Shown here one piece after another: positions 1-9,540 of a stretch of 42,170 nt of DNA (the stretch's first letter is position 1; every line of letters starts with the position of its first letter). The stretch comes from Clostridia bacterium (GTDB lineage Bacteria > Bacillota > Clostridia > Christensenellales > UBA3700). Location: the NCBI GenBank assembly GCA_900772745.1, contig CAAGRV010000200.1:1-42170 (forward strand), read 5' to 3'. Under the pieces are notes generated by a model. The model was not told the origin of the DNA, did not search any database, and worked only from the letters and a program-made list of their open reading frames with translations. Both the position numbers and the translations under genes were made by a program.

Positions 1-44
1 CATAAAAGCGTGCTAAAATACACAATTTTACGGCTTTTTGCATT

Positions 45-387
45 TGGTGGAGATGGCGGGAGTCGAACCCGCGTCCAAAAAAATTCTTACAAGGCTTTCT
101 ACATACTTAGTTTACTTTGGGTAGGTCTTTGGGGGAGTCAAAGCAACAAAGCTTCCACAAACAAGTCCCTTGTCTTGCAATGCGTTCGGGACGCTCCGCA
201 CTGCCCTTTTCCACTGGTTGATGCCGTATCTAAGTGCGTGGAGAACTTAGGCGACAGCTATGCTAATTAAGCAGCAATAGCAACTGTGTTATTTTTTGCG
301 TTTAAATTTATTTTCCGTTTTTACGAAGCCGAGCCTTCGGTATGCTTACCGTGTCGTCTGTTTCCCTGTCGAATCCGAAACATCCCC
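45..387 (-). ncRNA. ssrA: tmRNA (transfer-messenger RNA)
   Basis: Read on the minus strand, the 5' end is GGGGATGTTTCGGATTCGACAGGGAAAC (from 387). The 3' end is GGACGCGGGTTCGACTCCCGCCATCTCCACCA (ending at 45). These are the canonical tmRNA acceptor and T-arm ends. An internal tag frame GCA AAA AAT AAC ACA GTT GCT ATT GCT GCT TAA (299..267) predicts the tag (A)KNNTVAIAA. smpB lies 2.3 kb upstream on the same strand. Confidence 0.92.
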
Positions 388-443
388 ACGAGAGCACCGA
401 TTGGTGCGTGTTTTTATAATATATGTTGTTGTTTGTCAAAATC

Positions 444-1358
444 CTATTTGATTTTGAGTATATCGTATGGTGTCACTTGATATACATAATAGTTGAGCCA
501 GTTGTAGAACAGCAAGTTGGCGGTGGACTTCCATTTCATGTCGATTTTGCGAATATCTCTGCCCACAAAATAGTTGAATGGTGGCTCGATGTCCAAGCCC
601 TTGTCCTTGTCACGGAGGTACTCGTTGCGGAGTGTTTCTCTGTCGTACTCGCTGTGTCCCATAAAGAAAAATTTGCGATTGTCACGGCTCTTGACAATGC
701 TATAACCACAATCATCGCCATAAGCAAGCGGTTTGAGAAGTGGATTTTGTCTGATTTCTTCATCGTTGACAGCTGTGTGGCGTGACATTGGAATATAAAT
801 GGTGTCGTCCATACCTTTGAGCAACAATTCCTTGGCGTCGCACGCCGTGTTGCTACACACTCCGAACAGCTTTTTGTCGAGGTCGTGTTTGCCTATGCCA
901 TAGTGATAATATAGCCCTGCTTGCGCTCCCCAACAAATATAAATGGTCGAAGTGACGTTGGTTTCACAAAAATCCATAATCTTGGTCAACTCTTGCCAAT
1001 AAGCAACTTCCTCGAAAGCCATTTGTTCGACAGGAGCGCCCGTGATGAGCATTCCGTCGAATTTTTGGTCTTTGATTTGCTCGAATGACTTGTAGAATTT
1101 TTCCATATGTTCGAGTGAAGTATGGCGTGATTGATAACTTTCCATACCCACCAAAGTGATTTCTATCTGAAGTGGAGAATTGCCCAAAAGTCGCATGAGT
1201 TGAGTTTCGGTGTCTATTTTGGTTGGCATCAAGTTGACAATACCTATCTTGATAGGTCTGATATCTTGCTTGGCTGCTCTCGCCTCAGGCATAACGAATA
1301 TTCGCTCTTTGGTCAGCACTTGGAATGCTGGCAATGATTTTGGAATGACTATTGGCAT
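444..1358 (-). CDS. metA: Homoserine O-acyltransferase (MetA/HTS family)
   Basis: 304 aa. It has the typical MetA N-terminus MPIVIPKSLPAFQVLTKERIFVM and the NLMPTK, ITGAPVE and YICWGAQAGLY motifs. A sulfhydrylase gene is adjacent. Confidence 0.9.
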   Translation of the reverse strand: MPIVIPKSLPAFQVLTKERIFVMPEARAAKQDIRPIKIGIVNLMPTKIDTETQLMRLLGNSPLQIEITLVGMESYQSRHTSLEHMEKFYKSFEQIKDQKFDGMLITGAPVEQMAFEEVAYWQELTKIMDFCETNVTSTIYICWGAQAGLYYHYGIGKHDLDKKLFGVCSNTACDAKELLLKGMDDTIYIPMSRHTAVNDEEIRQNPLLKPLAYGDDCGYSIVKSRDNRKFFFMGHSEYDRETLRNEYLRDKDKGLDIEPPFNYFVGRDIRKIDMKWKSTANLLFYNWLNYYVYQVTPYDILKIK

Positions 1359-1374
1359 ATTTTTCTCCTTTGTT

Positions 1375-2643
1375 TTATGCTTTCAATGCTTGGTCTAGGT
1401 CTGCGATAAGGTCCTCGACGTCCTCAATACCTACCGACAATCTGATAAGGTTGTCCTTGATACCGCAATCAACGAGTTGGGCGTCGGTAAGTTGTCTGTG
1501 AGTGGTGCTGGCTGGGTGCAAAACACAAGTTCTTGCATCGGCTACGTGAGTAACAATCTTGGCAAGTTGGAGATTCTTCATCACCTTGTTTGCTCCTGCT
1601 CTGCCGCCCTTAGCACCGAAAGTCATCATACCGCCAAAGCCTTTGCCTACATAATATTTGCTGGCAAGCGCATAGCTTGGATCTGACTCCAATCCGCAAT
1701 ATCTTACCCATTCTACATTTGGATTGGACTCCAAAAAATGAGCAATTTTGAGTGCGTTGGAGCTGTGTCTTTCCATTCTGAGGTGCAAAGTTTCACAACC
1801 TAGGTTGGTCAAAAATGCGTTGAATGGACTCATTGTTGTGCCAAGGTCACGGAGAAGTTGGACTCTTGCTTTGACAACAAAAGCCTTGTTGCCACAATCT
1901 CTTTGATAAACCATACCGTGATAGCTCTCGTCAGGCTCGTTGAACATTGGGTATCTTGGGTTGCCAGTGAAGTCAAAATTGCCCCCGTCAACAATCATAC
2001 CGCCCACACAAGTTGCGTGTCCGTCGATATATTTGGTGGTAGAGTGGATTACTACGTTCACGCCCCAATCAAGTGGTCTGCACAAAATTGGAGTCGCCAA
2101 AGTGTTGTCCACATATACCAAAATACCGTATTTTTTACCAATGCCCACGAACTTGTCAAAGTCGAAAATAGTCATAGCTGGATTGGCAACTGTTTCGCCA
2201 AAAATAACCTTGGTCTTGTCGTCAATGAGCTTTTCGATTTCTTCAGCTGACGCCTCTGGGTCTACAAAACGAGTGTCAATGCCCATACGGCGGAGAGTAA
2301 CGTTGAGTAGGTTGAAAGTACCGCCATAAATCTTGTTGACAGCGATAATGTTGTCACCTGCATTGCACACATTGAGCACGGCAAGAAGTGATGCGGCTTG
2401 ACCAGAAGAAGTCGCAAGCGCTCCAACACCGCCTTCCAATATGGCAATCTTGTCTTCGAAAGCGTTGACAGTTGGGTTGCCAAGACGAGTGTACATAAAG
2501 CCTGGGTCTTTTAGGTCGAACACGTCAGCAAGTTGCTCAGGTGTTTCGTAAGCGAAAGTTGTGCTTTGGTAGAGTGGCAAAACTCTTGCTTCGCCATTCT
2601 TTGGAGTGTAGCCTGCTTGAATACAATTGGTATCTATTTTCAT
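1375..2643 (-). CDS. metY: O-acetylhomoserine sulfhydrylase (PLP-dependent Cys/Met metabolism enzyme)
   Basis: 422 aa. It carries the PLP-lysine motif IHSTTKYIDGH and the N-terminal GNPT and SSGQAA motifs of the MetY/CysD family. An RBS AAAGGAGAAC precedes the ATG. Confidence 0.88.
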   Translation of the reverse strand: MKIDTNCIQAGYTPKNGEARVLPLYQSTTFAYETPEQLADVFDLKDPGFMYTRLGNPTVNAFEDKIAILEGGVGALATSSGQAASLLAVLNVCNAGDNIIAVNKIYGGTFNLLNVTLRRMGIDTRFVDPEASAEEIEKLIDDKTKVIFGETVANPAMTIFDFDKFVGIGKKYGILVYVDNTLATPILCRPLDWGVNVVIHSTTKYIDGHATCVGGMIVDGGNFDFTGNPRYPMFNEPDESYHGMVYQRDCGNKAFVVKARVQLLRDLGTTMSPFNAFLTNLGCETLHLRMERHSSNALKIAHFLESNPNVEWVRYCGLESDPSYALASKYYVGKGFGGMMTFGAKGGRAGANKVMKNLQLAKIVTHVADARTCVLHPASTTHRQLTDAQLVDCGIKDNLIRLSVGIEDVEDLIADLDQALKA

Positions 2644-2655
2644 ATCTGTTCTCCT

Positions 2656-3117
2656 TTATCTAGCATTGTATTGTTTTATTTGTCTGTCCAAGTCACGCTT
2701 GGTTTGTTTTTCTGCAATCGAATTGCGTTTGTCGTGCAACTCTTTACCTTTGGCAAGTCCTACTTCCACCTTGACAAGTCCTTGTTTGAAGTAGACTTTG
2801 GTTGGCACGAGCGTAAAGCCCTTTTGGGTAACATAGCCACGAAGTTTGTTGATTTCTTTTTTGTTCATCAACAATTTGCGGTTGCGCTTGGCGTCGGTGT
2901 TGAAAAAACTGCCTTTTTCGTATGGACGAATATGAGCATTGACCAACCACATTTCGCCGTCGACAATCGTGCAAAAGCTGTCTTTGATATTGATATGCCC
3001 TTGTCTTATGGACTTGACTTCACTGCCAACCAAAACAATGCCTGCCTCAATCGTGTCTTCGATGAAGTAGTCAAAGTATGCTTTTTTGTTGTTCTCGATA
3101 ATCTTTATGTTGTCCAT
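2656..3117 (-). CDS. smpB: SsrA-binding protein SmpB
   Basis: 153 aa. It shows the canonical [35 protein letters not shown]-terminus and a basic C-terminal tail. Confidence 0.95.
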   Translation of the reverse strand: MDNIKIIENNKKAYFDYFIEDTIEAGIVLVGSEVKSIRQGHINIKDSFCTIVDGEMWLVNAHIRPYEKGSFFNTDAKRNRKLLMNKKEINKLRGYVTQKGFTLVPTKVYFKQGLVKVEVGLAKGKELHDKRNSIAEKQTKRDLDRQIKQYNAR

Positions 3118-3190
3118 ATTATTTATTATATACTTTTTTGTATCTTTTGACTAGATATATTCAATATTTTGTTGAGATTTTTCTATTTTT

Positions 3191-3226
3191 CCCAAACAAA
3201 AAGCCCTTCCACTGGGTGAAAGGGCT
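3191..3226 (-). terminator. Rho-independent terminator downstream of secG
   Basis: On the minus strand the stem AGCCCTT / AAGGGCT (3202-3208 / 3220-3226) is followed by TTTTTGTTT. Confidence 0.7.
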
Positions 3227-3251
3227 GATAGTTGGTTAGGTCAATCTTCTA

Positions 3252-3548
3252 TTATTTCTCCAAAAATGTAATGAAGAATAAAATAGATATTACCAAAAAC
3301 AAAACTCCCATAACAATAGTAAGTTTGCGAAGAATACTTTCTTTGGATTTTGCTTTGTTCTTTCCAGCATAGGTATCAGTCTCTTGTCCACCGATTACGC
3401 CGATATTGTTGTTGGTTCCTTTTTGCATCATGATTATAACGATAGCAGCCACACTCACCAAAGCCATAAGAATTTGTAGTGTTGGTCTGAGCCAGTTGGT
3501 AACTTCTACTGGTATCAAAGCTGCTGATAGAATACTCATAAATTTCAT
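3252..3548 (-). CDS. secG: Preprotein translocase subunit SecG (probable)
   Basis: 98 aa with two TM helices. The first helix is followed by a QKG..N..G..GG motif, and a second TM lies at the C-terminus. This matches the usual secG-(rnr)-smpB neighbourhood. Confidence 0.65.
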   Translation of the reverse strand: MKFMSILSAALIPVEVTNWLRPTLQILMALVSVAAIVIIMMQKGTNNNIGVIGGQETDTYAGKNKAKSKESILRKLTIVMGVLFLVISILFFITFLEK

Positions 3549-3708
3549 CTATAACAATCCTCCATTTTTTGATTGCGCAAATATAATAACATAACACAAG
3601 TCAAATTTCAACTGTTTTGAGCTATTTTTTATAATTTTGCCCTATATATCAAAATTCACACTTACCTACTATGCCGAATATCATAAACAAAAAGCCCAAG
3701 GAGATATT

Positions 3709-4206
3709 ATGAAAGACTTCCAATATGCCCTATCTTCCCCCTATCCTGCCGTCACAGGCAAGCTCACTCCCAAAGAAATCGCACCGCTTGTCAATGACTA
3801 TTCAGGCAGAATGGGCGAAACAACCGCCATACTCCAATACATATACCAACACTATATTTTGGACAGCTCCCACCCTGACATTGCTCACGCTTTGGAACAA
3901 GTAGCCATCGTCGAAATGCGCCACCACGAATTGTTGGGCAAAGTGCTTGCCCAATCAGGCACCGACCCGCTCATTGCATCACGGACTTGCTTTTGGTCAG
4001 GAAGTAGTCTGAACTATTGTAAGAGCCTACCCCAAATGCTCTCCAACAATATATGCGCCGAAAAGCTAGCTATAGCCAACTATCGCCGTTCTTTGCACCA
4101 AATATCCAACCCAAGCCTAATCGCCCTTGTCGAAAGAATTGTCCAAGATGAAGAGTGTCATATCGCCGTTTTCGAGCAATTACTAGGAGAAGTAAACAAC
4201 AAATAA
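3709..4206 (+). CDS. Ferritin-like di-metal protein (CotJC / Mn-catalase-like family)
   Basis: The start is set at ATG 3709 (MKDFQY), preceded by AAGGAGATATT. It has two ExxH-type motifs (VEMRHHE, DEECHI) and a TAILQYIYQHY segment typical of CotJC-like proteins. Confidence 0.65.
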   Translation: MKDFQYALSSPYPAVTGKLTPKEIAPLVNDYSGRMGETTAILQYIYQHYILDSSHPDIAHALEQVAIVEMRHHELLGKVLAQSGTDPLIASRTCFWSGSSLNYCKSLPQMLSNNICAEKLAIANYRRSLHQISNPSLIALVERIVQDEECHIAVFEQLLGEVNNK

Positions 4207-4359
4207 TTGCCAAAAAGTCGATACATATCGAGAAAAATAAAATGATACAAGAGATTGTAGCGTTTTTTATTTGAGGTTTTTTGTATAACAGGCAACTGGG
4301 TAGCTAATGTTGATATATCCATATTGCCCCCTATTTGCGACAGCAACTATCCTTGTAGA

Positions 4360-4505
4360 AGACTGCCCCTTAGACAAGGGGAAGTGGCTAGTTGGAACGA
4401 ATGTGGAAACTAGACGATAGGGATTGTTAAGATGACTTTCTTATCCCCTCAGTTTTGCTTCCGTTACCACTAACGTAAAACAGCTCCCCTTACCATAAGG
4501 GGCGC
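4360..4505. other. Multi-hairpin intergenic element of unknown function
   Basis: Two similar hairpins in the same orientation: CCCCTT-AGAC-AAGGGG (4366-4381) and CCCCTTA-CCA-TAAGGGG (4486-4502). Between them is a nested hairpin GTTTT..CGTTA-CCAC-TAACG..AAAAC (4452-4481) and a GGGAT/ATCCC pairing (4421-4425 / 4444-4448). No credible ORF covers this region. Confidence 0.4.
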
Positions 4506-4626
4506 TCGCAATACGGATAATTTCCGCTTCGCTCAAATAACACTTTGAGACCTTTTTAATTTGATTAGATTGAATTGGGCGCTCTTTTTAGCGGTTGTTG
4601 TTGGCAAGCTATTCATTCGATTGTAT

Positions 4627-4654
4627 CAAAAAAGCCGTAGCGGTCGCCACGGCT
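4627..4654 (-). terminator. Rho-independent terminator of the phosphoglucomutase gene
   Basis: On the minus strand the stem AGCCGT / ACGGCT (4633-4638 / 4649-4654) is followed by TTTTTTG. Confidence 0.75.
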
Positions 4655-4674
4655 TGGGTTGTTGGTTGTATTGA

Positions 4675-6426
4675 TTAGTCAATCATACTTTCGATTGCTT
4701 GCAAAATCTCTGCGTTCTTGCTCTCGGATTTTGCTTTGGAATCAGATACGGTAGAAACGTAGATTTTGAGCTTTGGCTCTGTGCCACTTGGTCTTACACA
4801 AGCCCACTCGTCGTTGCCAAGATCCCACTTCACAACGTTTGCCTTAGGTAGCTCAACTGTGCTCTCGCTGCCGTCTGCCAACCACATTTTGCCTACGTTG
4901 AGATCGGCCTTGGACACAACCTTGACTCCTGCAAGCTCTTGGATATTGCTGTCACGGAAAGATTGCATAATCTTTGCCATTTTGTCCATGCCGTCTAGAC
5001 CTTTGAACACGATAGATTTGCTCTTTTCTACAAAGTAGCCATACTTGTCGAACAAGCTGACCAACTTGTCATATAGTCCTACGCCAATGCTGGTATAGTA
5101 ACATACCATTTCGGCAAACAACATACTTGCAACAACTGCGTCCTTATCTCTGGCGTGAGTGCCTGATAGATAACCATAGCTCTCTTCATAACCGAACAAG
5201 AAAGTGCTCTCGCCGTTAGTTTCCCATTCCTTAATCTTTTCGCCGATGAACTTGAAACCTGTGAGCACGTCATAAACTCTTACGCCATAGTTGCGGGCGA
5301 TACGATCTGCAAGGTGGGTGGTAACAATAGTCTTGACTACTGCTGGATTGGCTGGCATTGTGCCGTTTTGGGTGTGGCGCATCAATATGTAATCCATAAG
5401 CATTGCGCCAATTTGGTTGCCATTGAGCAAAATAAATTGACCTTGGTTGTCACGGATTGCGATACCCATGCGGTCTGCGTCCGGGTCTGTGCCGATGACA
5501 ATATCACTGCCAAGTTTGTTGGCAAGCTCAATACCCATGCTTAGCGCCTCAGGCTGTTCTGGGTTGGGAACTGATACGGTAGAAAACTCTGTGTCAGGAT
5601 ATTTTTGCTCTTCGACTACGTTCACTTTGATACCCATTCTGCCAAGGATAGCTGTCACTGGCTTGAAACCTGTGCCGTGGATTGGGCTGTAAACGATTTT
5701 GATTGAGCCACCCACTTGCTTAACTGCCTGTGGAGATAGGCTGAGCTTTTCGATTGCCTTGAAGTATTCTTCGTCAACGCTCTTGCCCACGAGTGTAATA
5801 TTGGACGACAATGCAAAATTGTCCTTGCCATAAAAATCTCTTCTGTCTGTGAGCAAACTATCTTGCTTTGCGATGCCAAAATAGTCGGCTTTGGAGATAA
5901 AGTCAACTACCACTGCGGTTGCCTCAGGCGACATTTGCGCTCCGTCTTCGCCATAAACTTTGTAGCCGTTGTACTCTTTTGGGTTGTGGCTGGCGGTAAT
6001 CATTACGCCTGCGATTGCTCCAAAATGTCTGACTGCAAAAGAACACATTGGCACTGGGCGAACGTCCTCGAACATTTTGACGTTGATACCCATTGCGCCA
6101 AGCACTCTAGCTGTGGTGAGTGCGAACTCGAAAGACTGGCGACGTGTGTCGTAAGAGATGACTACTCCACGCTCCATTTCTGCCTTGCCAAGGCTTTGGA
6201 TATATTGACCAAGTCCAAGGCTTGCACGAGCAACAGTATAAACGTTCATATTGCTGATGCCCATTGCGATTGTGCCACGCATACCTGCCGTACCGAATGC
6301 AAGTGGCAAGGTAAATCTTTCTTTGATTTCCTTTTCATCACTGGCAATGCTCTCTAGCTCTGCAAGGTACTGACTGTCTACATTTGCTTTCCAATAATCA
6401 TAATTTTGTCTAAAATCCATAATCAC
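4675..6426 (-). CDS. pgcA: Phospho-sugar mutase (alpha-phosphoglucomutase, PgcA-like)
   Basis: 583 aa. It has the phosphoserine loop TASHNPKEYNGYKVY, the Mg loop GTDPDADRMG and the sugar loop GYEESYGY. Its length matches the PgcA type. The start may be the second Met (6420). Confidence 0.88.
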   Translation of the reverse strand: MIMDFRQNYDYWKANVDSQYLAELESIASDEKEIKERFTLPLAFGTAGMRGTIAMGISNMNVYTVARASLGLGQYIQSLGKAEMERGVVISYDTRRQSFEFALTTARVLGAMGINVKMFEDVRPVPMCSFAVRHFGAIAGVMITASHNPKEYNGYKVYGEDGAQMSPEATAVVVDFISKADYFGIAKQDSLLTDRRDFYGKDNFALSSNITLVGKSVDEEYFKAIEKLSLSPQAVKQVGGSIKIVYSPIHGTGFKPVTAILGRMGIKVNVVEEQKYPDTEFSTVSVPNPEQPEALSMGIELANKLGSDIVIGTDPDADRMGIAIRDNQGQFILLNGNQIGAMLMDYILMRHTQNGTMPANPAVVKTIVTTHLADRIARNYGVRVYDVLTGFKFIGEKIKEWETNGESTFLFGYEESYGYLSGTHARDKDAVVASMLFAEMVCYYTSIGVGLYDKLVSLFDKYGYFVEKSKSIVFKGLDGMDKMAKIMQSFRDSNIQELAGVKVVSKADLNVGKMWLADGSESTVELPKANVVKWDLGNDEWACVRPSGTEPKLKIYVSTVSDSKAKSESKNAEILQAIESMID

Positions 6427-6493
6427 TCCTATATAGATACGATAAATACGACTTGATTATAGCATAAATATATATCAAAAAACAATAATTTTG

Positions 6494-7318
6494 CTATTTT
6501 AGAACGGAAATTTTTCCACGAGTTGGCTTGTAATAATCTTCCCTGATTTTTTGCTGACCGACAAGTTGTCCCCTCAAATATTTTTTGCGAACTGCCATAG
6601 TGTGATAGCCTTGTTTCTCTTGCCTTGTCACTACGAACTTGTTTTCGCCGTCTTCTTGCACTTCGCCAAGCCCTTCTAAGCTGTCCACATATTCGACCTC
6701 GGGAGCGGTGGCGGGCAAATATTCTATCACCGAACTCTCTATCTCAAAAGTGTATGGCGTAGGTTGGGTGTAAATATCGAACACAATATGCTTGTCCTTG
6801 ACATAGCCGTTGACAATCACCGCAAATGGACTGTCGTTGAGCAAAATCATATCAATATAATCACTCACGGTTGCGTCTTGGCTAAGCTCACAATATGACG
6901 ATGGCAAGGAGTGATTGACCACGTGACTTACTTCAAGCCCTGCCCTTATCCAAGCATTGTACAAGGTGGTGGACACTTGACAAACTCCACCGCCTACACC
7001 GTCGACATACTCGCCGTACAAGATGACTTTGGCATTTTGATAGCCACGCTCTGCCGTCCGCTCGCCTACAATTTGGTTGAAACTTAGCTCTTCTCCACTG
7101 CCTACTACCCGCCAACAAAAGTTGTTGGTGGCGAGCGCTACATTATGACTTCTCGATGGAGAAGAAGTCTCGAAACTGGTCGAAAAAGTCGATACGTGTT
7201 GAGTTTTTGGTGAAAAAATATGCCCACTCACCAAACTTGTTGGTGCGTTGGACAATCCAAAAAATAGCGTGCAAAGTGCACATATAAATATCACCACCAC
7301 ATATCTAAAACCTTTCAC
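6494..7318 (-). CDS. VanW domain protein
   Basis: 274 aa with an N-terminal TM or signal segment. The VanW core is GGGVCQVSTTLYNAWIRAGLEV..HS..SSY...QDATV. Confidence 0.8.
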   Translation of the reverse strand: MKGFRYVVVIFICALCTLFFGLSNAPTSLVSGHIFSPKTQHVSTFSTSFETSSPSRSHNVALATNNFCWRVVGSGEELSFNQIVGERTAERGYQNAKVILYGEYVDGVGGGVCQVSTTLYNAWIRAGLEVSHVVNHSLPSSYCELSQDATVSDYIDMILLNDSPFAVIVNGYVKDKHIVFDIYTQPTPYTFEIESSVIEYLPATAPEVEYVDSLEGLGEVQEDGENKFVVTRQEKQGYHTMAVRKKYLRGQLVGQQKIREDYYKPTRGKISVLK

Positions 7319-7346
7319 AAGGCTAGTATGTGTATAAGATAGAATT

Positions 7347-8156
7347 TTATTTTATACACAAAATCTTTTTGCTGTGAGTAGGTAAATCTACCGCTATACT
7401 GCCTAGCTCGATATACTTATTCTTGCCGTGATAGTCCGTGCCCCCGCTCACTGCCATACGGTATTTGCTGGCGAGTTGGAGGAGTGCTTTGACTGTCTTT
7501 TCGTCGTGAGTAGGATAGAAAGCTTCCAATCCCGTCAAGCCGTAAGGCTGGAGCCCCGCAAGATAGTCTTCAAGCTTTCTGTCTTGGAAAAATCTCAATG
7601 GGTGGGCGATGAACGCTTGCCCTTTGGCTTGGCGAATAAGTCTAACACCTTCGAGCGGTGTTATCCTTTTGGACGGAATGTACGCAACGCCCCTACTGCC
7701 GAGATACCTCTCAAAAGCCTCGTTGACGCCTGCAACGTACCCCGACTTGATGAGCTCTTGGGCAACGTGCATTCTGCCAATCGAATTCTCGTCTTTGATT
7801 TTGTCCCAATCAACGTGGACGTTGAATGTGGCAAGCCTGTCAATAATTTTCTTTATTCTCTTTCGTCTTTGGTCGGCAAAATCGGCAATGGATTGGTTGA
7901 GTATGTCGCTATCTCTATCGAAATTGTATCCCAAAATATGCACTTCACAGTTGGCAAAAGTGGACAACTCTATGCCGTCAATGACTTGCAAGTTGGTTGA
8001 CTTTGCACATTCTCTAAGCTCGTCAAGTCCAGCGATGGTGTCGTGGTCGGTCAACGCAATCGTCGTCATACCAAGGCTGACTGCCTTGGTGACAATCTCG
8101 CATGGGCTATCCGTGCCGTCGCTCATTGAGGAGTGAATGTGCAAATCAATCTTCAT
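7347..8156 (-). CDS. PHP-domain phosphoesterase (TrpH/YciV-like)
   Basis: 269 aa. The motifs MKIDLHIHSSMSDG and ALTDHDT and a C-terminal GGTDYHG are typical of PHP family metallo-phosphoesterases. The start overlaps the rmuC stop. Confidence 0.85.
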   Translation of the reverse strand: MKIDLHIHSSMSDGTDSPCEIVTKAVSLGMTTIALTDHDTIAGLDELRECAKSTNLQVIDGIELSTFANCEVHILGYNFDRDSDILNQSIADFADQRRKRIKKIIDRLATFNVHVDWDKIKDENSIGRMHVAQELIKSGYVAGVNEAFERYLGSRGVAYIPSKRITPLEGVRLIRQAKGQAFIAHPLRFFQDRKLEDYLAGLQPYGLTGLEAFYPTHDEKTVKALLQLASKYRMAVSGGTDYHGKNKYIELGSIAVDLPTHSKKILCIK

Positions 8157-9540
8157 CTACTTCTCCTTCTAGCCTTGGCGCACTTGCCTCTCCAAGTTCT
8201 TCGTTGAGCATATCCACTTTGGATAGTTTCTTTTGGATTATGTTGTTGCGCTTGTCTATTTCTTCTATGCTACCCATCAAACTGTTGGTCTTCTTTTTCA
8301 AGCCCTCGATAAGGTCGGTAAACTTGCCATAATCTTTCTTGAATGCGCCCATAAGCTTGACAATCTCTCCGCTCTTTTTTTGGATTTGGAGAGTGGTAAA
8401 GCCCATTTGCAAGCTGTTGAGCAAAGCTGATATAGTGGTCGGTCCGCATATTGTGATATGATGTGAATTTTGAAGTTCACTGCACAAGTTGCTGTCCTTG
8501 ATAATCTCTGCATACAAGCCTTCGGTAGGCAAGTACATGATGGCAAAGTTGGTTGTCTTTGGCGGATTGATATATTTGCCACTGATAGATTTTGCCTCTT
8601 CTTTGATACGTGTAATGAGTTTCTTTTTCTCTATTTCCACTTGGACTAGATCGCCTTGCTCGCTGGCATCGACAAGTCTGTTGTAGTCTTCGATAGGGAA
8701 TTTTGCATCAATAGGCAAATAAACTTTGTCGTCGGCTTGCCCTGGCATAACGATGGCAAAGTCCACCATATTGTTCTTGTCAATGTTGAATTGGCGTTCG
8801 TATTGGTTGGGCGCAAGTATTTGTTCGAGCAAAGATTGGAGCGACACTTCTCCCCAAGTTCCACGAGTCTTGACATTGGTAAACGCCTTGTTTAGGTTGC
8901 CTACACGCTCGGACAAACTTTGCATTTCTCCAAAACCTTTTTGCACGGCGTCGAGTCGCTCGTTGACCATTTGGAAAGCGTTTTTGATACGGCTGTCTAA
9001 GGTGCTAGACAATTTTTCGTCCACCGTTTCACGCATTTTTTCGAGTTGTTTTTCGTTGTCTTCTCTCACGGCAGACAACTTTTTGTCTACTTCGTCTTTC
9101 ATCTCTGAGATAGACGTGCGGATTTCTTGTTTCATCTCGCCCAAATTTTGCTTGGTATTTTGGTTGAGCGTTTCCATAGACTTGGTAATCTCTTCTTTCA
9201 AGTCGCCAACGCTTGACTTGGTGTCCTTGGTCAAGTCTTCCATTTGTTTGGAAAATCTCTCCATATATTGGGAAAGTATTGGAGTTATGCTTTGGTTGGC
9301 GGTGTTGAAGTTGGACACAATGTGGTCACGAGCACTGTTGATAGACTTTTCGTTGTGCTCTTTGACAAGGTCTACCGCCTCGTGCAAGTTGTCGGTGTTT
9401 TCGTCAAAACGGGCAATAACTTCGTCCATTGAGTTTGCTCCACCCTTGCCCTTTTTGGAAAAATAAACAGCCAAAAGAATAAGTCCTACCATCCCTTCGA
9501 CTACTCCCAAAATTGCAACAATAAGCGTCATCATTTCCAT
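8146..9540 (-). CDS. rmuC: DNA recombination protein RmuC
   Basis: It has an N-terminal TM, a long coiled-coil and the RmuC nuclease core (DFAIVMPG...YLPIDAKFPIEDY). The start is set at ATG 9540, preceded by GGAAGGAGAAAGA. The ORF track begins at GTG 9555. Confidence 0.85.
   Translation of the reverse strand: MEMMTLIVAILGVVEGMVGLILLAVYFSKKGKGGANSMDEVIARFDENTDNLHEAVDLVKEHNEKSINSARDHIVSNFNTANQSITPILSQYMERFSKQMEDLTKDTKSSVGDLKEEITKSMETLNQNTKQNLGEMKQEIRTSISEMKDEVDKKLSAVREDNEKQLEKMRETVDEKLSSTLDSRIKNAFQMVNERLDAVQKGFGEMQSLSERVGNLNKAFTNVKTRGTWGEVSLQSLLEQILAPNQYERQFNIDKNNMVDFAIVMPGQADDKVYLPIDAKFPIEDYNRLVDASEQGDLVQVEIEKKKLITRIKEEAKSISGKYINPPKTTNFAIMYLPTEGLYAEIIKDSNLCSELQNSHHITICGPTTISALLNSLQMGFTTLQIQKKSGEIVKLMGAFKKDYGKFTDLIEGLKKKTNSLMGSIEEIDKRNNIIQKKLSKVDMLNEELGEASAPRLEGEVDED

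Noticed and set aside
10-480. Plus-strand ORFs 10..270 (86 aa) and 286..480 (64 aa)
   Set aside because: They lie entirely over the tmRNA gene and its promoter region. The tmRNA ends and tag frame explain this sequence, and the translations are low-complexity junk.
8726-9466. 246-aa plus-strand ORF antisense to rmuC. Similar long antisense ORFs occur at 2533..3150, 7428..8136, 18805..19500, 28848..29570, 30695..31225 and 40366..41079.
   Set aside because: Each is fully embedded opposite a gene with strong family motifs. The translations are Ser/Leu/Cys- or His/Arg-rich with no motifs. These are the shadow ORFs expected from codon bias.
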